IMG/VR virus record: IMGVR_UViG_3300008255_000214
Coordinates: 1-42,480 of that record
DNA from: a virus
Lineage: Duplodnaviria; Caudoviricetes
DNA: 42,480 nucleotides
Direction: 5' to 3' (one strand)
Shown here piece by piece: positions 8,525-16,987 of this stretch. The position numbers were made by a program, and so were the translations under genes. The notes beneath the pieces are model-generated. The model did not search any database. It was not told the DNA's origin and was given only the letters and a program-made list of their open reading frames with translations. Each line of letters starts with the position of its first letter. Position 1 is the stretch's first letter.

Positions 8525-9514
8525 ATGGAAAAATTAGAACAAAATTCATTTCTGTTAGAATTAGCAGAAAACAATAAAGAAATTATCTACAAAGATAATA
8601 AAACTTTAGCAAAGTTAGATTGGTTAAAGCCTTGGAAAAAAAATCCAAGAGATGCTGGGAAAAAAGATTTAGAAAAACTTGAAGCCCAAATAGAAGAGTT
8701 GGGTGTATACAAACCTTTAATTGTTTATTTGGAAAATGACAATGCTACAATTTTAGGCGGAAATCAAAGATACAAAATACTAAAATCTTTGAGAGAAAAG
8801 TATGCGAAAAAAGGTTCAGATAAATACGAATATGTTTGGGTTAGCGTAGTTAACGCTGATAACGATATTGATAAAGTTAAGTATGCCCTTAGTGATAATT
8901 TTTCAGCTGGAACTTATAGCCGAGAAAAACTTAAAGAATTAATAAATGCTGAACAGGGCAATTTATTTTCTGATTATGAACTTGAATTTGGGGGCAAACA
9001 AGGCATAGATGAATTTATTGCTTCTATTGAAAAAACAGAAACGGAAATAAAAATGGAAGCAGTAACAAAACAACTAAAAGAAATAGGTATTGACGAGGAA
9101 ATTATTGAAGATATTAGAGCTATGTCAAACCTTGAAGAAACAGAGTTTAAGCAAGAAAAGATTTTAGGAACTGGTGCTATCCAATTTAAAGACAGAAAGA
9201 TTTTTGTTCTTAAGTTAGTTTTCGGCGATGAAAATGAAGAACTTTATAACGAACTTTCAAAAGAATTCAAAGTCGGAGCCGAAATCTTTAAAGAAGCTAA
9301 TGGAAACTTATATCAAAGGCTTATAAACTTCTATGGTAGGGGAACTGGGGATGTTTTGGTTAAAACTATGCACTTACTTGCGAACTTGCCAACTAAAAAA
9401 ATTGAAGAACTAAAATTAGAAGTTGAAAATAAAATTAAACAAGAAGAAGAAGATATAAAAATATACCAAGAAAAAAATGAAGACACATTTAGTGGCGGAA
9501 TGTTAATTAAATAA
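8525..9514 (+). CDS. ParB/sulfiredoxin-like N-terminal domain protein
   Basis: LKPWKKNPR...LEAQIEELGVYKPLIV...ILGGNQRYKIL and later LSDN; acidic C-terminal region unrecognised. Confidence 0.8.
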   Translation: MEKLEQNSFLLELAENNKEIIYKDNKTLAKLDWLKPWKKNPRDAGKKDLEKLEAQIEELGVYKPLIVYLENDNATILGGNQRYKILKSLREKYAKKGSDKYEYVWVSVVNADNDIDKVKYALSDNFSAGTYSREKLKELINAEQGNLFSDYELEFGGKQGIDEFIASIEKTETEIKMEAVTKQLKEIGIDEEIIEDIRAMSNLEETEFKQEKILGTGAIQFKDRKIFVLKLVFGDENEELYNELSKEFKVGAEIFKEANGNLYQRLINFYGRGTGDVLVKTMHLLANLPTKKIEELKLEVENKIKQEEEDIKIYQEKNEDTFSGGMLIK

Positions 9515-9518
9515 AACT

Positions 9519-10847
9519 ATGAAATATCAAAAATCATACAACAGTCCAAGATTAAATGGACAATTCCCATTTTGTTCGTTTCCTTTCGCTTTAGATACAT
9601 ACAGCGGTTGCACTCATCTTTGTAAATATTGTTTTAGTTATACCAATTACCTGATAAACTGCTCCACCAAGGGAAATGATAAGGACTTCTTTGCTATGGC
9701 TAAAACCATAAACATAAAAAATCTTGAAAGGGCGTTTGAAGAAGAAAGAACAAAAGACAGCAAGCAAATCAAAATATACCGCAAACTAATTAAACAAAGA
9801 GTTCCAATGCACTGGGGCGGTATTAGCGACCCTTTTAGTGAATACGAATTACTTAGCGATGAAAAAGTTAGCTTAGAATGCCTAAAACTATTCAATAAAC
9901 ACCAATACCCAATAATTATGTCAACCAAAAGCAAATGGTTGCATAAGCATCCTGAATACTTAAAAGAAATGCAAGAAAACAAAAACTTCATTTTTCAAGT
10001 TAGTTTAATCTCTTTTAACGAAAAAATGAAACAAATAGAGCCTGGAACTACTGTTGAAGACAGGTTAGAATTAATAAAAATAATGGCAAAAACAAATAGA
10101 GTTGTTGTTCGCTGTCAGCCTTTTATCCCAAACTTAGATACAGATGAAGAAATTGAACACTTCTTAAAAACATTGTCAGAATTAGGGGTTAGTGCTGTTA
10201 CAATAGAATTCTTAAAGATTTCAGCATTCCAAACTAAAGAAGTAAAACAAGTTATGAACGAATTATCAGAAGCACTAGGATATGATGTTTTAAGGTTTTA
10301 TAGGTTTAAAGGTCAAAAGGCTGGAACTGATTTTGAGTTAAGATTTAGTTATAAGGCTCCAATATTGCTTAAGTTTAGAGATTTATGCCATAAATATAAT
10401 ATGGAGTTTTATTCCGCTGAAAATTCAATGAGAGAATACGGAGATGGTCATTCTTGTTGCGGAGTTCCTAAGGAATATCCTGGATTTGAAAACAGAATGG
10501 AAGCTCAAAACTCTAATGCTATATTTAAAGCTAGAGAAAATGGAAGAGTTTATTACAAAGATGTTTTCGGAAATATGAAAGACAGCGACAAGGCGTTCTT
10601 AGAAGAAGAAATCGGACCTTGGTTAAATTTAGGAAGCACTGAAGGTCACTTGCGTTCTGAAGGAAAAACATTTTTAGATAAAGCATCGCAAATTTGGGAT
10701 AATCCTTCAAGCCCAAATAACCCTGCCCAATTCTTTAAAAATCTTGAAATTGACGGATTGGATGAAGACGGTCATATTATTTATAAGTATGTGAAGTCAG
10801 AAGGCTCTTGCAGTGGTTGTCCTTACGCCAAAGGTTGTATGGGTTAG
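9519..10847 (+). CDS. Radical SAM enzyme, spore-photoproduct-lyase-like clade
   Basis: DTYSGCTHLCKYC (CxxxCxxC), GGISDPFSEYE, STKS, later SCCG, and C-terminal CSGCPYAKGC. Confidence 0.88.
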   Translation: MKYQKSYNSPRLNGQFPFCSFPFALDTYSGCTHLCKYCFSYTNYLINCSTKGNDKDFFAMAKTINIKNLERAFEEERTKDSKQIKIYRKLIKQRVPMHWGGISDPFSEYELLSDEKVSLECLKLFNKHQYPIIMSTKSKWLHKHPEYLKEMQENKNFIFQVSLISFNEKMKQIEPGTTVEDRLELIKIMAKTNRVVVRCQPFIPNLDTDEEIEHFLKTLSELGVSAVTIEFLKISAFQTKEVKQVMNELSEALGYDVLRFYRFKGQKAGTDFELRFSYKAPILLKFRDLCHKYNMEFYSAENSMREYGDGHSCCGVPKEYPGFENRMEAQNSNAIFKARENGRVYYKDVFGNMKDSDKAFLEEEIGPWLNLGSTEGHLRSEGKTFLDKASQIWDNPSSPNNPAQFFKNLEIDGLDEDGHIIYKYVKSEGSCSGCPYAKGCMG

Positions 10848-10917
10848 CAAACTATGCTTTGCTTTGTGGTGGCTAAAACAACTAGGTAGAAAACAACGAT
10901 AAGGACTGAATACAAAT

Positions 10918-11721
10918 ATGAAATTAATACAAAACAACACGCCGATAGAAAAATACAAAATACAGGGTAGGGATATTTTTGTTAAAAGAGAAGATTTATC
11001 ATCTTTACCGCCCTGCCCTGCACTTGCTAAATTAAGGGGTGTTTATAAAAGGCTTGTAAAACTTAAAGAACAAGGAGTAAAGAAAGTCGGAGTTTTTGAT
11101 ACTAGGGTTTCAAAATCAGGACTTGGTTGTTCAGCGATAGCAAATGAATTGGGAGATTTAGAAATAACCAATTTCTATCCTCACTTAATTTCTTATACAG
11201 ATATACCAGAACAGCAAAAGAAAGTTATAGAGCTTGGTCATAAGATTTATGGAATGAAAGGTGGCAGAACAGCTGTTCTTTATTCTCAGGCAAAAAAGAT
11301 TTGCAAAGAAAATGGTTTAGAAATGATGCCACTCGGTTTAGTTGTTGAAGAAAGCGTTAATGGTGTTATTGAAGAATGTAATACAATTCCATTTACTCCA
11401 GATAACATAATTGTTTCTGTAGGTTCAGGAATGATGCTTGCAGGTATTTCTATTGCTATGTCTGGAAAGGTTAAAAGAATAATTGGAATATCTGCAGGTA
11501 TGTCGCCATCAAGACAAAGAAAAAGAATTAGCGATTTGCTCGGTATAGATTTACCCAGCAATGTTGAAATAATAAAATCAGAAAAAGGTTATTATGAGCC
11601 TGAAGAAATAGATTGCCCATTTCCTAGCAGTATATGGTATGACCGCAAAGCGTTTCGCTGGATGGTTGAGAACTTTAATAATTTAGATGGTAGTATTTTA
11701 TTTTGGAATATAGGTAATTAA
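10918..11721 (+). CDS. PLP-dependent enzyme, fold type II (ACC deaminase/D-cysteine desulfhydrase/cysteine synthase superfamily)
   Basis: FVKREDL...ALAKLRG (Schiff-base Lys region), SVGSGMMLAG phosphate loop, YDRKAF, ILFWNIG. Confidence 0.82.
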   Translation: MKLIQNNTPIEKYKIQGRDIFVKREDLSSLPPCPALAKLRGVYKRLVKLKEQGVKKVGVFDTRVSKSGLGCSAIANELGDLEITNFYPHLISYTDIPEQQKKVIELGHKIYGMKGGRTAVLYSQAKKICKENGLEMMPLGLVVEESVNGVIEECNTIPFTPDNIIVSVGSGMMLAGISIAMSGKVKRIIGISAGMSPSRQRKRISDLLGIDLPSNVEIIKSEKGYYEPEEIDCPFPSSIWYDRKAFRWMVENFNNLDGSILFWNIGN

Positions 11722-11731
11722 TATAAAATAT

Positions 11732-12085
11732 ATGGGAAAATGGTCAAAAAAAGCAAAAGAAAAAATGAAAATAAGACAAATGGGGAAAGGAAATCATAAC
11801 TACAAAAATGGCAGATGTTCTCTAGCTGAGGGGTATGTTGGTTTATTATTGCCAGAGCATCCAAACGCTCGTGGAAATTATTATCCAGAACATCGTTATA
11901 TTGTTGAAAAAAAGATTGGCAGATTATTAGAAAAAACTGAAGTAATCCATCATATAAACGAAATAATAGATGACAACAGAATAGAAAATCTTTATTTATT
12001 TAAAAACTCAAAAGAACATAGCAGATATCACGCTTTGGTTTATTGGAGAAAAATACCAAACATAGTTAAATCTAATTTGATATGA
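11732..12085 (+). CDS. HNH homing endonuclease-like protein
   Basis: [40 protein letters not shown]. Confidence 0.88.
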   Translation: MGKWSKKAKEKMKIRQMGKGNHNYKNGRCSLAEGYVGLLLPEHPNARGNYYPEHRYIVEKKIGRLLEKTEVIHHINEIIDDNRIENLYLFKNSKEHSRYHALVYWRKIPNIVKSNLI

Positions 12086-12576
12086 ATGAAATAAAATCAA
12101 TAAAAAGAAACGACCCAGCTTGCTCAGGAATAAAATGGATTTTGTATCCTGGACTTTATGCTGTATTAGTTCATAAGTATTTATCAAACAAGCTTCATAA
12201 AATTGGTTTCAAATTTCTAGCTAGGTTTTGTTCTCAGATTATGAGATTTTTAACAGGTGTAGAAATACATCCTGGAGCAAAAATTGGAGATGGATTATTT
12301 ATTGACCACGCTATGTGCGTTGTTGTTGGAGAAACAGCTATAATAGGAAATGATTGTATTTTATATCACAATACAACTCTCGGAGGAACTGGAAACGAAA
12401 AAGGAGATAGGCATCCAAAATTAGGAAACAATGTTATGGTTGGCTCTGGTGCAGTTGTTTTAGGAAATATAAAAATTGGAAACAATGTTAAGATTGGTGC
12501 TAATGCAATAGTTACAAAAGAAATACCTTCAAACAGCACTGTTATTCTTTGTAATAAAGTTTTAGAAAAAAAATAA
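12082..12576 (+). CDS. cysE: Serine O-acetyltransferase-like hexapeptide acyltransferase
   Basis: [43 protein letters not shown]. Confidence 0.88.
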   Translation: MNEIKSIKRNDPACSGIKWILYPGLYAVLVHKYLSNKLHKIGFKFLARFCSQIMRFLTGVEIHPGAKIGDGLFIDHAMCVVVGETAIIGNDCILYHNTTLGGTGNEKGDRHPKLGNNVMVGSGAVVLGNIKIGNNVKIGANAIVTKEIPSNSTVILCNKVLEKK

Positions 12577-12655
12577 AAAAAGTTTTTTTTAATTTTTATT
12601 TTAATGGTCGGTGGACAACTTTTTTTGCCCTGCATTTGCAATGGTTTTAAAGGGC

Positions 12656-12684
12656 TTGCCTTTTTTAAAAAAATACGCTATACT
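12656..12684 (+). promoter_or_regulatory. Second rightward sigma70-type promoter
   Basis: TTGCCT-N17-TATACT; shares AGGGCTTGC and AAATACGCTATA with the 6516 promoter. Confidence 0.8.
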
Positions 12685-12690
12685 TAAGTT

Positions 12691-13022
12691 GTAAGGTTGA
12701 GAAAAGAAAAGTTGCGGTTCATAACCAATACCATTTTCAACCAAGCAATTTAAAAATATCCTGAAGTCTTTGCCCCAGCTTGACTTTGGGAGAAAACATT
12801 CTATTTCAATTTTCACTGGTTAACAGGGATATTGAAAAAACGAATTTGTTAAAGCTCAAATTCACTGGCTTAGGCAGGAATGTTTAAAAGAGATTAATTT
12901 CTCTTAATCCTTAACATTAAGGCAAACCAAAAATCTTAATTTTATAAAAATATAGACGCCGAAACAAAAGCTTAATTCTCGTTCTACCTTAGTTGTTTAG
13001 TTAAGGGAACAATTAAGGTAGG
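12691..13022 (+). ncRNA. Putative multi-stem structured RNA or long leader
   Basis: No plus-strand ORF in the track; nested stems GGTTGAGAA/TTTTCAACC, AAACATTC/GAATGTTT, GAATTTG/CAAATTC, AAGAGA/TCTCTT and 15-bp CTACCTTAGTTGTTT/GAACAATTAAGGTAG. Confidence 0.5.
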
Positions 13023-13049
13023 CTCGTAAATCTAATAAATAACAAAAAT

Positions 13050-13346
13050 ATGGAAAAACTATTTTTAAGCCCTAACGAAACAATAAATGAGTTAGGCACA
13101 AAAGAAGAATTTGAAAAAACAGTTTGCCCTGAATGTCATAGAGTTTTCTCTCCTGTTGATAATAGGGATTGTAAAACTTGTTTAATGCAAGAAGCTGAAA
13201 ATAGATTTGGAAAGTTTGATGAAGATGGCGATGATTTACTAGAAGATAAATTAAGAGCAGAATACCAAGAAGAAATGGCTAGCGATGAAGATGAAGAGAT
13301 AAAAGAAATGCTAGAAGAAAATGGTTTAGATGAAAATGATATTTAA
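13050..13346 (+). CDS. Small acidic protein with CxxC...CxxC zinc ribbon
   Basis: CPEC, CKTC; D/E-rich C-terminal half. Confidence 0.75.
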   Translation: MEKLFLSPNETINELGTKEEFEKTVCPECHRVFSPVDNRDCKTCLMQEAENRFGKFDEDGDDLLEDKLRAEYQEEMASDEDEEIKEMLEENGLDENDI

Positions 13347-13366
13347 TAAACTAAAAATAATTGTGT

Positions 13367-13470
13367 CCAGTGGTAGGCAGAAAGTTGATTAAGCAATGAT
13401 TTAATTGCTGAAAGGGTTAAACCAAATCAACAAAGAATAGTTTCACAATTTCTATTCTGTCTGCCACTGG
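13367..13470 (+). ncRNA. Putative structured intergenic RNA element
   Basis: 16-bp closing stem CCAGTGGTAGGCAGAA/TTCTGTCTGCCACTGG with G-U pairs, enclosing GTTGATT/AATCAAC and AGCAAT/ATTGCT. Confidence 0.5.
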
Positions 13471-13481
13471 GAGTTAAAAAA

Positions 13482-13628
13482 ATGAAAAACTATAAAATAC
13501 AAAATTATCGTATCTATAATATGAAAAGATACAAACCTAGCTTTTGGGATAGAAGCGTTCACCCATTTTGGTTCTATGTAGTATTCCTTTCAACAATTTT
13601 CCTTTTAGCTTTAATTTTAATAGTATGA
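13482..13628 (+). CDS. Small membrane protein (48 aa, not in ORF track)
   Basis: C-terminal hydrophobic stretch FWFYVVFLSTIFLLALILIV; ATGA overlap with the next gene. Confidence 0.6.
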   Translation: MKNYKIQNYRIYNMKRYKPSFWDRSVHPFWFYVVFLSTIFLLALILIV

Positions 13629-13939
13629 TTAATTTACAAATTAAAGTTGAACATTGCTTGGCTAAATACCCTGATACAAGAAATAGCGACATACTTTTAA
13701 CTAGGGCTGTTTGGTGGGAGTATCATAATTCAAGTATATTTGAACATAACGGAAGAAAAGCAGTGCACCTAGACGACTTGATGGACTTACCTCGTGAAGA
13801 CCACATAAAGCGTTTAAGGGCGAAGCTTAATGAAGCTGGTAAATATTTACCAACAGATGAAAAGGTTATTAAGCAAAGAAGATTATTAGAAAAAGTATGG
13901 CATCAAGAAATGTCGCCATCAAATCCCAGCAAGGGATAA
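13625..13939 (+). CDS. Hypothetical phage protein
   Basis: Start moved to ATG 13625 (MINLQIKVEHCLAKYPDTRNSDILL...). Confidence 0.7.
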   Translation: MINLQIKVEHCLAKYPDTRNSDILLTRAVWWEYHNSSIFEHNGRKAVHLDDLMDLPREDHIKRLRAKLNEAGKYLPTDEKVIKQRRLLEKVWHQEMSPSNPSKG

Positions 13940-13949
13940 TATAAATTAT

Positions 13950-14243
13950 ATGGAATTACAAATCAACGCTACAACTAAAATAGCCTATCAAGGCAAAAAC
14001 CAAGATGAGCTTTTAACAGCGAAAGAAGATAATCAATTCAAATCAAACGAATGGTTAACTTTCCTTCAAGCTAAACAAATCGGCTTAAGAGTTAAGAAAG
14101 GTGAAAAGTCAACAGCTTCAGTGTTTAGGGGTTTTGGAACTATTACAGAAAAAGATAAAAATGGAAAAACCGAAGAACGCTCAGCCCCACTTGGATTTGC
14201 TCACTTATTTAATTTAGACCAAACTGAAAAAATTAAAAAATAA
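13950..14243 (+). CDS. Stand-alone ArdC N-terminal-like ssDNA-binding domain
   Basis: NATTKIAYQGKN, WLTFLQAKQIGLRVKKGEKS, LFNLDQTE. Confidence 0.8.
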   Translation: MELQINATTKIAYQGKNQDELLTAKEDNQFKSNEWLTFLQAKQIGLRVKKGEKSTASVFRGFGTITEKDKNGKTEERSAPLGFAHLFNLDQTEKIKK

Positions 14244-14263
14244 ATAATATTAATTTTAAAAAT

Positions 14264-14782
14264 ATGCCTAGAGTTCATACAGTTAAAAAAGCTAGAAAAG
14301 ATTATCCTAACTATGGGATTAAAAAAGGTGAAACTTATTACCACTGGTCATTCAACTATGGTCCAACAGTTAAGTCTAAGATTTATCCAAAGCAATCTCA
14401 ACTTACTCAATCAGATTTTTTACAACAGGTTTATGCTTTACAAGAAAGACTTGAAGAAATAAGCACAGATAGTTCTAATTTAGAAAATGCTAGATGCGAG
14501 AGAGATGACATTGTTTCAGAGTTAAGAAGCTTAGCTGAAGAATGTGAAGAGAGAAGAGACAATATGCCCGAGAGCCTTCAGGATGCCCCAAGCGGTCAAA
14601 CACTTGAAAGCCGAGTAGACAGCTGCAACGAAATGGCAGACGAACTTGAGAGCATTGACTTAGATATTGAATTAGAAGAGTCGGATGACGAAGAAGAACA
14701 AGAAAGCAATCAAGAAGATTTTGATAATAATGCTACAAGTGCTTTAGAAGAATTAACAGGAATTAGTTATAACGGAGAATAA
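14264..14782 (+). CDS. Hypothetical protein, basic N-terminus and very acidic helical C-terminus
   Basis: KKARKDY..GIKKGETYYHW; NMPESLQ; long D/E tail. Confidence 0.75.
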   Translation: MPRVHTVKKARKDYPNYGIKKGETYYHWSFNYGPTVKSKIYPKQSQLTQSDFLQQVYALQERLEEISTDSSNLENARCERDDIVSELRSLAEECEERRDNMPESLQDAPSGQTLESRVDSCNEMADELESIDLDIELEESDDEEEQESNQEDFDNNATSALEELTGISYNGE

Positions 14783-14797
14783 TTTATTATAAAATAT

Positions 14798-15547
14798 ATG
14801 GAAAACAAAAAAAATGAGATTGCTGTTTACAAAGAAGAAATTAGAAACTTAACAGCTGACCCTCAAATATTAAATAACCTTTTGCAAATTACATTCAATG
14901 GGTTAAAACCAGAACAAGCTATGACTGCTATGCTTGAAGGAAGAATGACTGGCTTCACATTGCAAAACTTTTTACAAAAAGATGTTTATGCAATACCGTT
15001 TAAAGCTGGTTATAGTTTAGTCACTTCAATTGATTACGCTAGAAAAATTGGTCAAAAGGGCGGAGTTGTTGGGGTTTCTTCACCTAAGTATGTTGAGGAA
15101 GATGGCAAAATAGTTTCTTGCGAAATTACAGTTAAAAAGAAAAGCGATGAAACCATAGGAGAGTTCTCTGCCTTAGTTTTCTTTGATGAATACTACAAGT
15201 CAAACCAATACAAAAACAGCCTTTGGGATACCAAGCCAAGAACTATGATTGCCAAAGTAGCTGAAATGCACGCTTTAAGAAAAGCTTGCCCTGAAGAACT
15301 CAAGAAAGCCTATATTGAAGAAGAATACCAAAGAGATGTCCAACTTGTTCAAGAAGAAAAAGAAAACAAAGAAGAAAATACCATCGCCTGGAAAGACAAA
15401 ATGACCGCTTGTAAAACTCTTGAAGAATTAGGCAAGGTTTGGTCTGATATGCCTGGAAGCTTAAAGTCTGAAAAAATGGTTGTAGAATACAAGGAAGAAT
15501 TAAAAAATAAACTAACCCCAGAAACTATTGAAGGGGAAATTGAATAA
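14798..15547 (+). CDS. Single-strand annealing recombinase, Redbeta/RecT-like
   Basis: VTSIDYARKIG, FDEY, LWDTKPRTMIAKVAEMHALRKACP; adjacent to exonuclease. Confidence 0.85.
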   Translation: MENKKNEIAVYKEEIRNLTADPQILNNLLQITFNGLKPEQAMTAMLEGRMTGFTLQNFLQKDVYAIPFKAGYSLVTSIDYARKIGQKGGVVGVSSPKYVEEDGKIVSCEITVKKKSDETIGEFSALVFFDEYYKSNQYKNSLWDTKPRTMIAKVAEMHALRKACPEELKKAYIEEEYQRDVQLVQEEKENKEENTIAWKDKMTACKTLEELGKVWSDMPGSLKSEKMVVEYKEELKNKLTPETIEGEIE

Positions 15548-15548
15548 T

Positions 15549-16160
15549 ATGAAGATTAAAAAATTTGATAATGAATTCTCCTGGAAAGAAGCAAGAAAAA
15601 CAAAAATTACAGGAAGCAGGTTGGGAAGTATAGTTGTATTAAGGGGAACAGGAAAAAAGATTGGCTTTTATGAATTGATTGCAGAAAGGCTTGCAATACC
15701 TCGCCCTGAAGGAGAAAATAAAATGGAGCGTGGGCACGAACTTGAGCCTATAGCAATTGAACTTGCTGAAAAAGAATTAGGAAAAACATTTAACAAAGAA
15801 TTAGTTATTTGGGAAAGAGATGAAGAAGCCTGTATTGCAATTTCCCCAGACGCTTTTCTTGATAATTTGAAAGAAGCTATTGAAGTTAAATGCTTGGGTT
15901 CAGCAAAACAAATTAAAGCTATTATTGAAAACCAACCAGAAGATGAATATAAATGGCAGTATCTTCAATATTTTATAGTTAACGATAATCTTGAAAAGTT
16001 GCACGTAGTTATGTATGACCCTAGTTTTGTTGAAAGCCTGCAATACAAAAGGTTTGAAATAACTAGAGAAGAATTAAAAGAAGATATTGAAAAATACCTT
16101 GAATACCAAAGAAAAGAGTTAGAAGAAGTAAATAAAATAGTTAATAAATTAAGTTTTTAA
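15549..16160 (+). CDS. YqaJ/lambda-exonuclease family nuclease
   Basis: W...RKTKITGS, MERGHELEP, ISPDA, IEVKC, YKWQYLQ; start at ATG 15549. Confidence 0.9.
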   Translation: MKIKKFDNEFSWKEARKTKITGSRLGSIVVLRGTGKKIGFYELIAERLAIPRPEGENKMERGHELEPIAIELAEKELGKTFNKELVIWERDEEACIAISPDAFLDNLKEAIEVKCLGSAKQIKAIIENQPEDEYKWQYLQYFIVNDNLEKLHVVMYDPSFVESLQYKRFEITREELKEDIEKYLEYQRKELEEVNKIVNKLSF

Positions 16161-16164
16161 ATCT

Positions 16165-16479
16165 ATGTCTATGCAATTTGAAAAGTTCAATGTGTCAAAA
16201 CCTCGTGAAGAGCAAGGAAAAAATGGAGAAACAAAAACATTTTGGGATAATGTCGGAACAGTCACTGTTTTTACAAAAGAAGATGGCTCAAAAAGCGGTA
16301 TTTTAGAGCTATTAGCCTTTGATAGAAAAACATTAAGATTAAATTTGTTCCAAAGAAAACAAGAAGGAAATTATTCCAAAGCTGCACCAAAAAATGATTA
16401 TTCTCAGCCTGCACCTCAAGACGATTACTCTCAACCAGAAACTGAAGATGAAATTAAAGTAGAAAATATTCCATTCTAA
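16165..16479 (+). CDS. Putative single-stranded DNA-binding protein
   Basis: Follows the recombinase/exonuclease pair; KTFWDNVG core, disordered linker, acidic tail ending ENIPF. Confidence 0.65.
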   Translation: MSMQFEKFNVSKPREEQGKNGETKTFWDNVGTVTVFTKEDGSKSGILELLAFDRKTLRLNLFQRKQEGNYSKAAPKNDYSQPAPQDDYSQPETEDEIKVENIPF

Positions 16480-16480
16480 T

Positions 16481-16987
16481 ATGGAAGACTTTTCAAAAGA
16501 AACTCAAATAAAAAAGTTCAGGAAAAGAAAAACAGATAACCAGAAACTTGAAGAAGAATGCAGATTGCTTTGGAGAAATCTAGTTTACATAAGGGCTAAT
16601 TTTAAATGTGAATATCCAAATTGCGGTTTTCGTTGGTCTAAATTAGATGCACATCACTATTATTCTAAAGGTGCTTATCCTCATTTAAGATTTGATTTGC
16701 AAAATGGTATGGCTCTTTGCTCTAAACACCATACAGCAGGTTTTAGCAGGGAGTCAGCCCATAGCGACCCATTATTTAGAGAAAAAGTTTTAGGGAAAAT
16801 TGAAGGCTTTAAAGCAATTAGAACAGAAGATTGGGATAAAAGGTTAATGGTTAAAGCAGGTGTAACAAGCCACAAACTGGATTTAAAACTTGAGAAATTA
16901 TATCTTATAGAAGAACTAACAAAATACAAAAAAGAATACGATGAAATGCCAGACTACATACAAGATTTAATGAATAAATATATATGA
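16481..16987 (+). CDS. NinG-like / HNH-type nuclease
   Basis: CEYPNCG...DAHHYYSKG...LRFDLQNGMALCSKHH. Confidence 0.75.
   Translation: MEDFSKETQIKKFRKRKTDNQKLEEECRLLWRNLVYIRANFKCEYPNCGFRWSKLDAHHYYSKGAYPHLRFDLQNGMALCSKHHTAGFSRESAHSDPLFREKVLGKIEGFKAIRTEDWDKRLMVKAGVTSHKLDLKLEKLYLIEELTKYKKEYDEMPDYIQDLMNKYI

Noticed and set aside
8525-9514. ParB as a plasmid-prophage partition system
   Set aside because: No ParA ATPase, no obvious HTH or parS repeats; GNQR variant and operon context fit modification-associated ParB-like proteins
12601-12816. 71-aa minus-strand ORF as a repressor
   Set aside because: Non-ATG start, overlaps a clear plus-strand promoter and structured RNA, no HTH
12758-12985. CTGAAG...GAAAC resembling a hammerhead ribozyme core
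   Set aside because: CUGANGA is broken (CTGAAGT) and I could not form stem I after any candidate cleavage triplet
16381-16440. Duplicated APxxDYSQP segment in the SSB-like protein
   Set aside because: Ordinary short duplication in a disordered linker
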